Below are positions 48,707-59,198 of a DNA stretch of 64,000 nucleotides, in pieces (position 1 is the stretch's first letter; every line of letters starts with the position of its first letter). A program made the position numbers and the translations under genes. This stretch comes from Candidatus Poribacteria bacterium (GTDB lineage Bacteria; Poribacteria; WGA-4E; WGA-3G), in the NCBI GenBank assembly GCA_965214095.1, contig OZ243938.1:4352001-4416000 (forward strand), written 5' to 3'. Under the pieces are notes generated by a model. It was not told the DNA's origin, did no database searches, and saw only the letters and a program-made list of their open reading frames with translations.

Positions 48707-50194
48707 CATAGGCGTCAATTTAGTGATTTTTTGCTGCATTTTCAAGGTGTTCTAATGTTGTGTCTCTATTAGCACGTCTCTCAATGTAGCACCCATTTTG
48801 GAAAGCGTGTTTTATTTCATCAAAAGTTTGCCGAAAAGACATTATAGACTTGCGGAAACCTATTGCAAGTGTGCGTGCGAAGGTGCTAATAAGTTCTGCT
48901 GTTTTTGTTAGACTATGTTTTAGACATCGCCAACCGACCCTTAACATGATCCAGTGCCGCATAATTGCGACGATGAGTTTTGCATATAACTCACATAAGA
49001 TTCTATATGGCTTGTCGCTACGGGAGGTATCAACTTTTCCAATGCTTTTGAAGCACTTGAACATCAACTCAACCTGCCATCGGATGCGTGCGACAGCACA
49101 AATCTGTTCAGCAGTCAGATGGTCTACTTTTATATTAGTAATGTAGATATTCCATCTTGCGAGCTGAAGTCGTTTGGGTGAAGGTTTCGTATACTTCCGC
49201 TTTGCACGATGTTTTATCTCCTTAATACGCTGTTGGGTTTCTGTTTCTGAAAGTCTTTGAACAACTAATCGTGCTTTGAGACGCTTGTTTTTACCTATAA
49301 AGATTTGTTTGTCCTTGAAGTTATTAGAACCCTTCTTGAGCCATTTTAGCAAACAAAAAGGGTCACCTGTTTCATCATAGAGAAAACACTGGACTTTGTA
49401 GCGTGATATCCAAAAGACGTTTGCATCGGAAAGTCTTTTGAAGGTATCAAGTGAATAATAGCCGAGGTCTGCGAGGCGCAAACTGCCGGCGGGTAGCATG
49501 TCAATCTGCTTTTCAATAGCACTATCAGCGGTGATACCATTGGTCAGTTCAAAGTGTTCAAAAGTGCCTGTGGCACTATCAAAACGCAGGTGGAGTTTCA
49601 CGGCAGCTGTGTTCGGTTTATTCTTTTTGCTTCCACCTTCCCAAGTTTCGTGGAGCACATCAGGGAGTGTAATCCAAGAACTATCTTGTAAATAGACACC
49701 AGTGAACTTTTCAAGGAGCGGAAGCGTTTGCGGGTCGGCAGAAATAACCTTGGACGCAGTAGCATCAAGGATAACTTTCAGGGTCTCTGCTGCTTCAGAT
49801 GTAAATCGTTGTTCAATGGCTTGTCGTGAGATTGAAATCCCCAGCACACCAGCGGTTTGCGCAAGTTGTGTATAGGTGGCATCTGGGTTTTCTAACCAAG
49901 TCCAAATGAGTATTTGAGCAAAACGACTACCGTTGAGTTTACAACTTCTTTTGACAAAACCTGTATTGAGAGCTGCATCATTGGCTATAGTTGTAAGAAT
50001 ATGTTGCATTTCTTTGGGAACTTGTGATAATGTATTCATTAGGAAACACCTCTTTGTAGACCATAATAAATCTATATCTACATTATATATGAGGTGTTTT
50101 CATTTTTACAGAAGTTTTATTTCATAATTTATACTTCCTCTGATTAAAAGTTGACACTTATCGGTCTTGGTGCATCCTTAAATTGACGCCTATG
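48707..50194 (-). mobile_element. IS4-family element, 1488 bp, flanked by 20-bp direct repeats
   Basis: 16-bp perfect TIR CATAGGCGTCAATTTA; DR GGTACTAGGCACATCAACAC at 48687-48706 and 50195-50214. Confidence 0.92.
48720..50039 (-). CDS. IS4-family transposase
   Basis: QDSS, KLH, LADLGY, ITN, RWQVELMFK (DDE/YREK-like). Confidence 0.92.
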   Translation of the reverse strand: MNTLSQVPKEMQHILTTIANDAALNTGFVKRSCKLNGSRFAQILIWTWLENPDATYTQLAQTAGVLGISISRQAIEQRFTSEAAETLKVILDATASKVISADPQTLPLLEKFTGVYLQDSSWITLPDVLHETWEGGSKKNKPNTAAVKLHLRFDSATGTFEHFELTNGITADSAIEKQIDMLPAGSLRLADLGYYSLDTFKRLSDANVFWISRYKVQCFLYDETGDPFCLLKWLKKGSNNFKDKQIFIGKNKRLKARLVVQRLSETETQQRIKEIKHRAKRKYTKPSPKRLQLARWNIYITNIKVDHLTAEQICAVARIRWQVELMFKCFKSIGKVDTSRSDKPYRILCELYAKLIVAIMRHWIMLRVGWRCLKHSLTKTAELISTFARTLAIGFRKSIMSFRQTFDEIKHAFQNGCYIERRANRDTTLEHLENAAKNH

Positions 50195-51985
50195 GGTACT
50201 AGGCACATCAACACCTTCATCAAGACACTTCATTGCCACAAGTGCCTGAAGATGGCCTGACGCGAACATGTCCAGCAATTCTAGCCTTTCAGACGCGGGT
50301 TCCTTTGCAGTAAATTTGTTAACACGTAAATCTAAATTTGCTAGTAACGAAAGCACTAAGTCAATTTGTTTCGGTGCACAGTAAAAAAGTGTATGATGAA
50401 TCATGTCTGTCTTTTCAGTTAATAACTCTAATAAAATTGGCAACTTGTTTTCAGCGTTGTTTAGCAGCTTAGCACGTTTTCTCAACAAGTGCTTAAGTGG
50501 TTCATTTGGCTCATCAGGTCTTTTCCTATAAAATTGCTTGGAAATTTCTTCAGTGAGTTTTTCATATTTTTCAAGCTCTGCCTCAGTTAATTTGACCAAG
50601 TGAGGATGATATTCATATTGACATAAGAAGCCTTTTTCAATTGCTTTATCAAGGGGAAAAGAAAAAACAACTTCGCCAAAATACTCTTTTAAAGCATCTG
50701 TGCCTTCATCATCAAACCATCTTTCTAAAGTCGCAGTCAAACCTAAACGGCAATCAAAAACGTCTAACAACTTTTTTCGGCTACTAACTGCTCCAAGGTG
50801 GTGTACCTCGTCTGCAATCAAAACAGCACCTTGTGTTTTTTTAGAAAACAATTTCTGCATAATTTCGCTAGTAAAGGTTTTCGCAGTCGTAATGACACAT
50901 ACAACATTGCGATTGTGCCAATTGTACTGGACTGATGCCTTATTAAACAGTTCAACCCATGAAGCAGAACTTTTATAAGCCAAGATCGGTTCAAATTGAA
51001 ATTTTACAACTTCCTTATGCCATTGGTCAACGAGGTGCTGAAATGGACACACAATTAAGACAAACAGCCGTTTCTTTTCTTCTCTAAGTTTTGAAAGAGC
51101 AGATAGAGCCGTGAATGTCTTACCAGTTCCAGTTGCCATTTCAAAGATGCCACGACATCCATTATTAAACCATGCATCAATTGCTTGAGTCTGATAATCT
51201 CTTAATTTTATACTGTTTGGTAAATAAGAAGCGTTCTCTTCAATAATCTCCTGAGTTTCCTCTGTAGTATTCTGCTCAGTTTCATAGACAGTTTGATAGA
51301 CCAATATATCTCTTCTAACGGCAGTTGGAAAATCTATTATATCTAATTTATCTGTTGTATTATTCCACAATCGTTTAAAGTTGTCAATTTTTTGTTGAAC
51401 ACGTTCTTGTGCATCATTCCATGACCAATGCACATCAATAGACTCGAAATTATTTATTAATCCACCAACAGTTTCATTTGAAGAACCAGTAAATGCTACG
51501 GCATAGTTATCGTCATCTATAAATACACCGATTTTTTCGTGATATATTCCTCGGGGATAAGTGTCGTCTAAGTCGGAGGGTAGTGCGATTCTGATATCTA
51601 AATATTCATGTGCAATTAGCCAAGTGAGTAACTTCAATCTATCGTCAGAGACATCACAAAATTCATATTCAGAAGTGGTAGTTACTTTCTTTTTCCTCTC
51701 TTCATAGCCTTTTTTGATAGCCTCAATGTCATCCGCCATTAATTTAGGACCTGTTACTAAACTAATATGTCCTCCATTTTGGATAAATGTGGGTAATCCT
51801 TTGACATTTTGCTGGAGACCATTACTAGTAAAGTATGCCACCGCGCGACAATATCGCGTGGCATTTTTTAGACACGGAGTATAGAAATCCTTAATAAGTT
51901 CTGACTTATCGGAACGGTATTCGTGTTTGAGGGAAAGTTCTCTAAGTGACATATGTTTACAATCAGTTCTTTAGTAATTGCCATA

Positions 51986-52014
51986 ACTTTAGCAAAATAC
52001 ACAAAAAATGTCAA
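51986..52014 (-). promoter_or_regulatory. Putative sigma70 promoter of the pbe operon
   Basis: Minus strand TTGACA-17 bp-TAAAGT with TGn. Confidence 0.55.
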
Positions 52015-52041
52015 GATTTTATTAATTTTTTAGGCACAATT

Positions 52042-54585
52042 CTACTTCCGCAACAACATCCGCCGCGTTGCACGAAAATCACCCGCAGAAAAGACATAAA
52101 AATACACACCACTCGCAACATACTCACCACGATCATTCTTTCCATCCCAATAAGCAGCACTATCCCTACCAAAGTATGTTCCGGCAGACCGATGTCCCAA
52201 AACTAACTTGCGGACAACATTGCCACGGACATCATAAATCGTTATATTCACATCAGCATCTGACGCTAACTGATACGGAATCCACGTCTCAGGATTGAAT
52301 GGATTTGGATAGTTCACCAACAACTGGGTCTCTGATGGTATCAACACAGCAAGAAGTTGTTCAAGTATCGTTATACCCTTGCTAATTACTTCATCTCTTA
52401 CAGGTAGACCTTTCGCCTGATTAATCCAATGTTGGACATCAATTGGGTTGAGATCTGAATTGTGGGACGAGGACGTTGGTGAAGCTGAATCACCATTATT
52501 CAACTCATTCACAACCAAAAGCAAATCAATAATATCAACAACACCGTCCCGATTCACATCAGGATTCGGAATGGCGTTACCGATAACGGTTTCCCCAAAG
52601 TTTGCAGCAACAAGCACAAGATCAAAATTATCTACCGTGCCATCGCCGTTCACATCAGACCGGTTGACTACGGACGACGGTTCTCCTGCCTTTAACACAT
52701 AGTCTTGTTGTGTGATATTCCCATAGACATCAATAACTTGTAAGACAATAGTGTTGAGTGGATATGACGTTAACGATGTGATGTCAAATTCTACAGCAGC
52801 ACTTTGAGTATCTATACGTTGACAACTATGTAATTTTATACCAGTCGCAGGATCATCACCGGTTGTAGGCACAAGCAGCTGCACCTGATGAATACCATCA
52901 AGATCAGTAATCTGAAATATAATTGAAAAATCAGACGCATTTGGGGGATACGTATCAGAAGTGAGAATATGCATTGATGTCAAGTTGTTGAAAGTGATGT
53001 TTTCTTGATTGAAAAATCGACTAACACTCAACCATTCTGTAGCACAATATGAAAACTGATAAGGATTAGTACCATAAGACATGATGTAACTATCGTCTCG
53101 AAAATCGTGGTCTAAACCGAAAGCGTGTCCAAGTTCATGTGCAGTAACGATGGTGCCGACTTCCTCATCAAAACAATCACCGGATGCAGGAATAACAGCA
53201 TATCCCCCATTAGATTTCACTGCATGCTCTAATCCACGCCACAGACTGCCACCAACACCACACACATGTTCTTCTTCAATTGCCTGACTGCTTACCTCCG
53301 CTACGATAAAATAGACATGTTTTTCCAGATCAAACTGCTTAGAAACTTCATCCAGTATTTTGTTAGTTGTATCTGTATGATAGTAGAAATCAATGAAGTT
53401 TCCATCAACGCGATATATGATCGTTTGGTCATATTCATCCTTTTCAAAATCAAATGTCTTTCTACCAAATCCGTTGAATTCCATTTGGTCAGCGTACAAT
53501 GTTTGAACACCTTTGATGAGACTATCCAGTTTCATCCACATATTTGTTTGTGCAGTGCGGTCACTTGGAATGAAATAGATAATGCGCACCATTTCGGACG
53601 ACACAGTATGAAAAGATGTAATATCCCAGAGTCGTAAAGTGCCATCGCTGCCACCGCTCGTAAGGTGTGTTCCATCAGGTGAAAAATCTGCTGTAAATAC
53701 CCAACCATCGTGTCCATTTAACGTGGTTAATTGTTCTCCAGTGCGTGTTGTCCACAGGTTTACTACTTCATAATCCGTGCTTGCCAAAATGCTACTATCA
53801 GGTGAAAAACTCAGTCCTGTGACTGTCGCTGAGGTAGGTAATGTACCTATGAGTGACCAACTCAGTAGATTCCACAACTTCACACTTCCATTTAAACCGC
53901 CACTTGCAAGGAATTGGTTGTCAGGAGAAAACTTCAATGCAGAAATAGAATCTGCATCCCCTCTAAATTGAACTATATCTTGTTGTGTTTGAAGATTCCT
54001 TACACTAATCTGTCCATCGGTATCTCCATAAGCAAGATATTTACCATCAGATGAATATGCAACAGCAAAAATCCAATCACGATGTCTAATTGTCATTATC
54101 TCTCTGAGTGTGTGAATATCCCAAATCTTGAGGTGTAGTCCTGCTGAAACTATCTTCTGTCCATCTGGAGAAAAGGCAACGGCTTTGATTTGTGATCGGT
54201 ATCGGTCTGTAATATGTGAGAGCGTGGCAAGATGTCTTTTACCAGAGACATCCCATAATTTCATGGTATAGTCATCACTTCCGCTAACCAGATACTTGCC
54301 ATCTGGTGAAAAAGCAATAGAATTAACTATATCTCGATGACTTCCTAATGTTGTAGATCCATCTTGTTCCAAATCCCATAATTTGATGGTGTGATCTCCA
54401 CCTGCACTCGCGATAAGTGACGAATTGATAGGAGAATATGCAACAGAATATACATTACCACCGTGGGTTAATGTCGTGTGTTCTTGCGCAATGATAGTAA
54501 GTGGAAATATTAAGAAGATTAGAAGGACGAGAAGATATTTTTTGTAATGCATGGCTGTATAATATTCAATATAGACTATCATCAT
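52042..54585 (-). CDS. Secreted WD40 + zinc metallopeptidase + dockerin-like + C-terminal sorting (FlgD-Ig/T9SS-like) domain protein
   Basis: About 7 WD40; HELGHAFGLDH; DVNGDGTVD/DVNRDGVVD; NYPNPFNPETWIPYQL...ASGVYFY. Confidence 0.88.
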   Translation of the reverse strand: MMIVYIEYYTAMHYKKYLLVLLIFLIFPLTIIAQEHTTLTHGGNVYSVAYSPINSSLIASAGGDHTIKLWDLEQDGSTTLGSHRDIVNSIAFSPDGKYLVSGSDDYTMKLWDVSGKRHLATLSHITDRYRSQIKAVAFSPDGQKIVSAGLHLKIWDIHTLREIMTIRHRDWIFAVAYSSDGKYLAYGDTDGQISVRNLQTQQDIVQFRGDADSISALKFSPDNQFLASGGLNGSVKLWNLLSWSLIGTLPTSATVTGLSFSPDSSILASTDYEVVNLWTTRTGEQLTTLNGHDGWVFTADFSPDGTHLTSGGSDGTLRLWDITSFHTVSSEMVRIIYFIPSDRTAQTNMWMKLDSLIKGVQTLYADQMEFNGFGRKTFDFEKDEYDQTIIYRVDGNFIDFYYHTDTTNKILDEVSKQFDLEKHVYFIVAEVSSQAIEEEHVCGVGGSLWRGLEHAVKSNGGYAVIPASGDCFDEEVGTIVTAHELGHAFGLDHDFRDDSYIMSYGTNPYQFSYCATEWLSVSRFFNQENITFNNLTSMHILTSDTYPPNASDFSIIFQITDLDGIHQVQLLVPTTGDDPATGIKLHSCQRIDTQSAAVEFDITSLTSYPLNTIVLQVIDVYGNITQQDYVLKAGEPSSVVNRSDVNGDGTVDNFDLVLVAANFGETVIGNAIPNPDVNRDGVVDIIDLLLVVNELNNGDSASPTSSSHNSDLNPIDVQHWINQAKGLPVRDEVISKGITILEQLLAVLIPSETQLLVNYPNPFNPETWIPYQLASDADVNITIYDVRGNVVRKLVLGHRSAGTYFGRDSAAYWDGKNDRGEYVASGVYFYVFSAGDFRATRRMLLRK

Positions 54586-54638
54586 TTATGACAACGGTCA
54601 GTATAACCTCAAACAGATACAATGAATTATAACATAGA

Positions 54639-55709
54639 CTATTGATAACGTGCCTTATCTTCTGCAACAATAATATCTTCACCTATTGAGACACCTAATT
54701 TTTCTGCCCCTTCATGAAGTTGATTATAGATTGTATCTGGTATCTCAATTCCATTCTCAAGCCGTTCTGAACGGTAACGTGATTCATAATCTCCAGGTAC
54801 TAACACTTCATCAAAACCAGCAGCGGGTGGTGTTGATTTTATGACATCCAAGAACGCACGAACACCTTTCTGATAGTCTGCGAGAGGCGTAAAGGCACTA
54901 ACATCAATTGCCTGCATATAGATTCCACCCATGTCGCCAGTATCGGCATTGAATGTTCCTGCCAATCCGCCAAGAAGGCATGTGAACATAGCGAGGGCAT
55001 ATCCTTTATGTCTACCGAAGGCTAAGAGAGCACCACCATCATAGAAATCAGCAGGCTTTACACTCGGCTGACCGTGTTTATCTAATATGCATCCTTCTGG
55101 TAAATCAGCATCCTTACTCCGTGCCACCTGAATTTTCCCTTCAGCAATTACACTTGTCGCATAGTCCACAATAAACGGTGTTCCATCACCTGTTGGCACA
55201 CCGATAGCAATTGGATTGGTACTGAATGTTCCCTCTGCCCCACCAAAAGGCACAGTCGGTCCTGCCCCTTTACCACCTTTGCCAACTGTAATAAGTCCTA
55301 TACAACCCGATGCAGCAGCGTCTTCAGCATATTCCCCTAAACGACCAATATGTCCTGTATTGAAGATACTCACACTGCATACAGCAGAAGTCTTTGCCTT
55401 TTCAATTGCTTTCTGCATTGCTACACGTGAAACGTAGTGTCCAAAACATTTATTTCCATCATATCGCAAGGTGTTCGCTGTTTCAGCAACAATTTCCGGT
55501 TCAGCAGAAGGAATTATCTGTTCAGCCTCAATTGCTCTCAGGTATGCGGGGATGCGAAGAACGCCGTGAGAGTCATGACCTGCCAAATGTGCATTTATGA
55601 GTATCTCTGAAACATCATTCGCAATATGCTCTGATGTCCCAGCGGCAACAAAGATTGTGCGTGAAATCGCGTGAAGGTGTGGCGCATAAAGTAGATGTGT
55701 CTTTTCCAT
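54639..55709 (-). CDS. Ldh_2-family (type 2 malate/L-lactate dehydrogenase) oxidoreductase
   Basis: GHDSHGVLR, GHIGRLG, TNPIAIG, DYATS, HKGYAL. Confidence 0.9.
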   Translation of the reverse strand: MEKTHLLYAPHLHAISRTIFVAAGTSEHIANDVSEILINAHLAGHDSHGVLRIPAYLRAIEAEQIIPSAEPEIVAETANTLRYDGNKCFGHYVSRVAMQKAIEKAKTSAVCSVSIFNTGHIGRLGEYAEDAAASGCIGLITVGKGGKGAGPTVPFGGAEGTFSTNPIAIGVPTGDGTPFIVDYATSVIAEGKIQVARSKDADLPEGCILDKHGQPSVKPADFYDGGALLAFGRHKGYALAMFTCLLGGLAGTFNADTGDMGGIYMQAIDVSAFTPLADYQKGVRAFLDVIKSTPPAAGFDEVLVPGDYESRYRSERLENGIEIPDTIYNQLHEGAEKLGVSIGEDIIVAEDKARYQ

Positions 55710-55862
55710 ATATCCATCCTCTCATGTATTATTTCTATATGTAATCTAAAATCTGTGTATATTCTATCCTATCTATCTTTTTTGTCAATTAAAACATGAT
55801 GATTGAAAATTCAACATGTAACTGCTATACTAAGCAAATCAAAGACTTTTTGGAGGACAGAT

Positions 55863-56951
55863 ATGAAACAAGTAACGATATATCGTGAACCGGGACGTTT
55901 TGCAGGGTGGCCAGCAAACTATGGGATATGGTCATGGGATAACGAAATCGTGGTTGGGTTTACTGTTGGATACCACAAATCCGATGCTGGATTCCACAAA
56001 CGCGACAAAGACAAACCTTTTACTGCAATGCAAGCACGTAGCACAGACGGTGGAGAAACTTGGACTGTATCAGAGACACCTTGTCGTCTCCCAGGTGCAG
56101 GCACGCTCTCAGCAAATGAACATGTTCAGGACAAACATAAAAATCAAAAGGACTCCAGCTATAGCACACCGCAAAGTGTTGATTTTACACATCCCGATTT
56201 TGCAATGATGTGTAGTAGGTCAGGTCTCAAAGCAGGGGCATATTCGTGGTTTTATACTTCTACTAATCGGTGTCATAGTTGGGAGGGACCTTATCAACTA
56301 CCGATGTTCGGTTACACTGGAATCGCTGCGCGCACTGATTATATGGTCTCTGATTCAGATGAATGTCTACTCTTCTTAACAGCCTCTAAATCGGATGGTG
56401 CGGAAGGTCTGATATTCTGTGCGCGCTCAACTGATGGTGGAAAATCCTTCTCATTGCTATCTCAAATTGGACCCGAACCTGATGGATTTGCCATCATGCC
56501 AGCGAGTGTTCGTCTATCTGACACACGAATTTTGGTTGCCGTTCGGTGTCGTGGGAAAAGCAGACAGTCTAATAGAGATTGGGAAAAACTAAGTAATTGG
56601 ATTGACCTTTATGCTTCAGATGATAACGGACAGACATGGGACTATATGAACCAACCTGTTGATAACACGGGGCGTGGTGGGAATCCGCCGACATTAACAC
56701 ATCTATTAGACGGCAGATTATGTCTAATCTACGGATACCGAGATGCACCGCATCGTATCTGTGCAAAGTTGAGCGATGATGAAGGAAAAACGTGGGGAGA
56801 AGAGATCGTTTTACGAGATAATGGCGGGGATCCCGATATCGGCTATCCTCGTACTGTCCAACGTCCCGACGGTGTCATTGTAACAGTCTACTATTTTGAT
56901 GAAGAACCCGATGGAGAACGATATATTGAAGCGACACTGTGGAAACCGTAA
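55863..56951 (+). CDS. BNR/sialidase-family protein
   Basis: Asp-boxes STDGGETW, STDGGKSF, SDDNGQTW, SDDEGKTW; DIGYP. Confidence 0.85.
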   Translation: MKQVTIYREPGRFAGWPANYGIWSWDNEIVVGFTVGYHKSDAGFHKRDKDKPFTAMQARSTDGGETWTVSETPCRLPGAGTLSANEHVQDKHKNQKDSSYSTPQSVDFTHPDFAMMCSRSGLKAGAYSWFYTSTNRCHSWEGPYQLPMFGYTGIAARTDYMVSDSDECLLFLTASKSDGAEGLIFCARSTDGGKSFSLLSQIGPEPDGFAIMPASVRLSDTRILVAVRCRGKSRQSNRDWEKLSNWIDLYASDDNGQTWDYMNQPVDNTGRGGNPPTLTHLLDGRLCLIYGYRDAPHRICAKLSDDEGKTWGEEIVLRDNGGDPDIGYPRTVQRPDGVIVTVYYFDEEPDGERYIEATLWKP

Positions 56952-56952
56952 A

Positions 56953-57726
56953 TTACATCCTGGACATTCGCCACACCAAAACGGGGAATATCATTAGGCA
57001 AAGCACACAATACAATCCTGCATTCCACATCCACAAATTCCCTACTTCAGATTGTCCGATTGATAATAGCGCAGCCAACGGACTTAATATTTCAAACATA
57101 GGTATATCAGTAAACGGTGATATTGGCAAGAGTGGCAAGAAAGTTGTGATTAGTACAATCCCATAACTAATGCCTTTTGCATTGAGCGGGGATAACCATA
57201 ACGCAAATCCTATTCCAATCAGAGCATACAACAGGCAACTTGCAAATATCACTACGCTGCTTTGCAGATACTGTCCTATTGACACGCCTCCCAAAAAGCC
57301 TGATAGTGCAAACAGCGGAATTGTGAACCATATCACCCAGAATGACCATACGACAACCGCAGTAATCTTACCACCTAATATCTTCCAATTTCCTAACGGG
57401 GTTAATCTCAAGAATGTCCAATTGCTGTCGTCTCTCTGTAGATTCTCTTTGAAATTGTTACCTGTATGTTCTAAACGTATCGCATCCACTGCATGTCTTG
57501 GTACCACAAATTGTGCGAAGAATATACACAGAATGAATATAATATACGTTTGTTTGCCAACATCAATCAAAATGCCATTCTTATTTGTATCAATTCCTTG
57601 TGCATAAAACTCCATCGTTCCGATAAATAGCACAAGAATTAGAACGGATATAACAACAAACTGAACAATCAAATATTTACGAGAATTGGTATATATACGA
57701 AGATCTTTTAGTATTATGGCTAACAT
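56953..57726 (-). CDS. ABC-2-type permease-like membrane protein
   Basis: About 6 TM; LTPL...ILGGK motif. Confidence 0.65.
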   Translation of the reverse strand: MLAIILKDLRIYTNSRKYLIVQFVVISVLILVLFIGTMEFYAQGIDTNKNGILIDVGKQTYIIFILCIFFAQFVVPRHAVDAIRLEHTGNNFKENLQRDDSNWTFLRLTPLGNWKILGGKITAVVVWSFWVIWFTIPLFALSGFLGGVSIGQYLQSSVVIFASCLLYALIGIGFALWLSPLNAKGISYGIVLITTFLPLLPISPFTDIPMFEILSPLAALLSIGQSEVGNLWMWNAGLYCVLCLMIFPVLVWRMSRM

Positions 57727-57781
57727 ATTTATATCTATCTATATCCAAATTTCATTGACGTATAACAACATTGATGTTATT

Positions 57782-57920
57782 TTATAGTAAAAACCGTAAT
57801 TATTTACACACTACGGTAGGTTCGGTTTCCTAACCGAACCGGTGTTGTTCAGTCTCATAGATGCGGTTAGGAAACCGCATCTACCGGGGAGTGTGCATGT
57901 GTTTTTACATTACACTATAA
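57782..57920. repeat. Inverted copy of the 24093-24232 element
   Basis: Reverse-complement match over about 139 bp. Confidence 0.85.
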
Positions 57921-57962
57921 CACACAGAAATTGGATAGAACGCACAATAAAGGAGTTATTCT

Positions 57963-59153
57963 ATGTCAAAACTTAATATTGCACTCATCGGTGCTGGCAG
58001 ACGTGGTGGTGGTTCTCACCTACCTGTCATTGCAAAACTCAAAGATGTCTACAATTTGGTTGCAATTTGCGACATTGAAGAAGAAACCGCAACACGATAT
58101 GCAGAACAATACGGTGCCAATCCTTATACTAACGTCCGAGATTTAGTCACACAGGAAGACCTTGATGTCGTTGACATAACGGTGCCAGGTGTTGCACACC
58201 ATTCCATTGCTTGTTTTATGGCAGATGCAGGTGTCCATATCTTGTGCGAAACCCCGATTGCGGTTACACTCCCAACATCAGATATGATGATTGAAAGTGC
58301 AAAAGCAAATAATGTAAAACTTGAGGTAGCAGAAAACTACTACCGCGCCCCGCGCGAACGATTTCTATCCAAAGTCATTGAAGCAGATGTGATTGGTGAA
58401 GTAGCACGTATATACCGAATTTTTCATGAAGGTGGTTGTCATGGGATGAGTATGCTGCGCCTGCGTGCTGGCGGTAAACCAAAATCTGCTCTCGGTGTTA
58501 CTCAATCAACTCCCATTATCCCTATAATTGATAGAATGAAACGTGACCACAGCAGTGAAAGATGGAGTCTCGGGTTTATTGAATTTGATAATAACGCAAC
58601 TGCTCTGATGGTCTACTCCAATGTCATCCATGCACGTTCACTTGGTCGCGGACAATCAGGTATCTCTCAGATTGATGGTAGTAAAGGAACAATCGTTGGA
58701 GACGAAATCTATGTCACACCTGCTGCTGACCTGCAATCTGGGGCAAAGGGTATTGCACATAGAGCCAAACGCACAACTATTGACGTTGATGGCGTTGATG
58801 TCATTGAAAAGATCGAGCTTGAATTACCAGAACAGACGGTGACATGGGAAAACCCTCTCAAGCACTACCCTCTTTCTGAAGGACAAATCGCTGTTGCTGA
58901 TGAACTCCTTAGTATTGCGAATGCTGTCAACAATGATACCGATCCTGAATACGGAGCAGCACTTGCAAGACAAGACCAAGAGATGAACATTGCGATGAAT
59001 GAATCTGGCAAACGCAGCCGTGAGACTTTACTGTTCCCATTGACTGAGTTAACCGAAACGGAACGTGGTACTAATGACAATTATCAGAAACAGTATGGAC
59101 ATCCTATAGAAGACGTTGAAGCTGGGATTGATACCTTCTTTCCGCGTCGCTGA
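57963..59153 (+). CDS. Gfo/Idh/MocA oxidoreductase
   Basis: IALIGAGRRG, ICD, HILCETP, ENY. Confidence 0.88.
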   Translation: MSKLNIALIGAGRRGGGSHLPVIAKLKDVYNLVAICDIEEETATRYAEQYGANPYTNVRDLVTQEDLDVVDITVPGVAHHSIACFMADAGVHILCETPIAVTLPTSDMMIESAKANNVKLEVAENYYRAPRERFLSKVIEADVIGEVARIYRIFHEGGCHGMSMLRLRAGGKPKSALGVTQSTPIIPIIDRMKRDHSSERWSLGFIEFDNNATALMVYSNVIHARSLGRGQSGISQIDGSKGTIVGDEIYVTPAADLQSGAKGIAHRAKRTTIDVDGVDVIEKIELELPEQTVTWENPLKHYPLSEGQIAVADELLSIANAVNNDTDPEYGAALARQDQEMNIAMNESGKRSRETLLFPLTELTETERGTNDNYQKQYGHPIEDVEAGIDTFFPRR

Positions 59154-59198
59154 TATAGAAAAACATACATATTTCAATTTAGCTTAGAGTTCAGACCC

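Larger units (their letters stand above)
48384..51952 (-). pseudogene. pbeA: PbeA-like PLD-nuclease/SF2 helicase interrupted by IS4 (51952-50195 + 48686-48384; 686 aa rejoined)
   Basis: IYHEKIG...FTGSSNET PLD motif; MATGTGKT, DEVH; rejoined DEGVDVPST-QTAYILASSSNPKEFIQRRGR. Confidence 0.85.
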
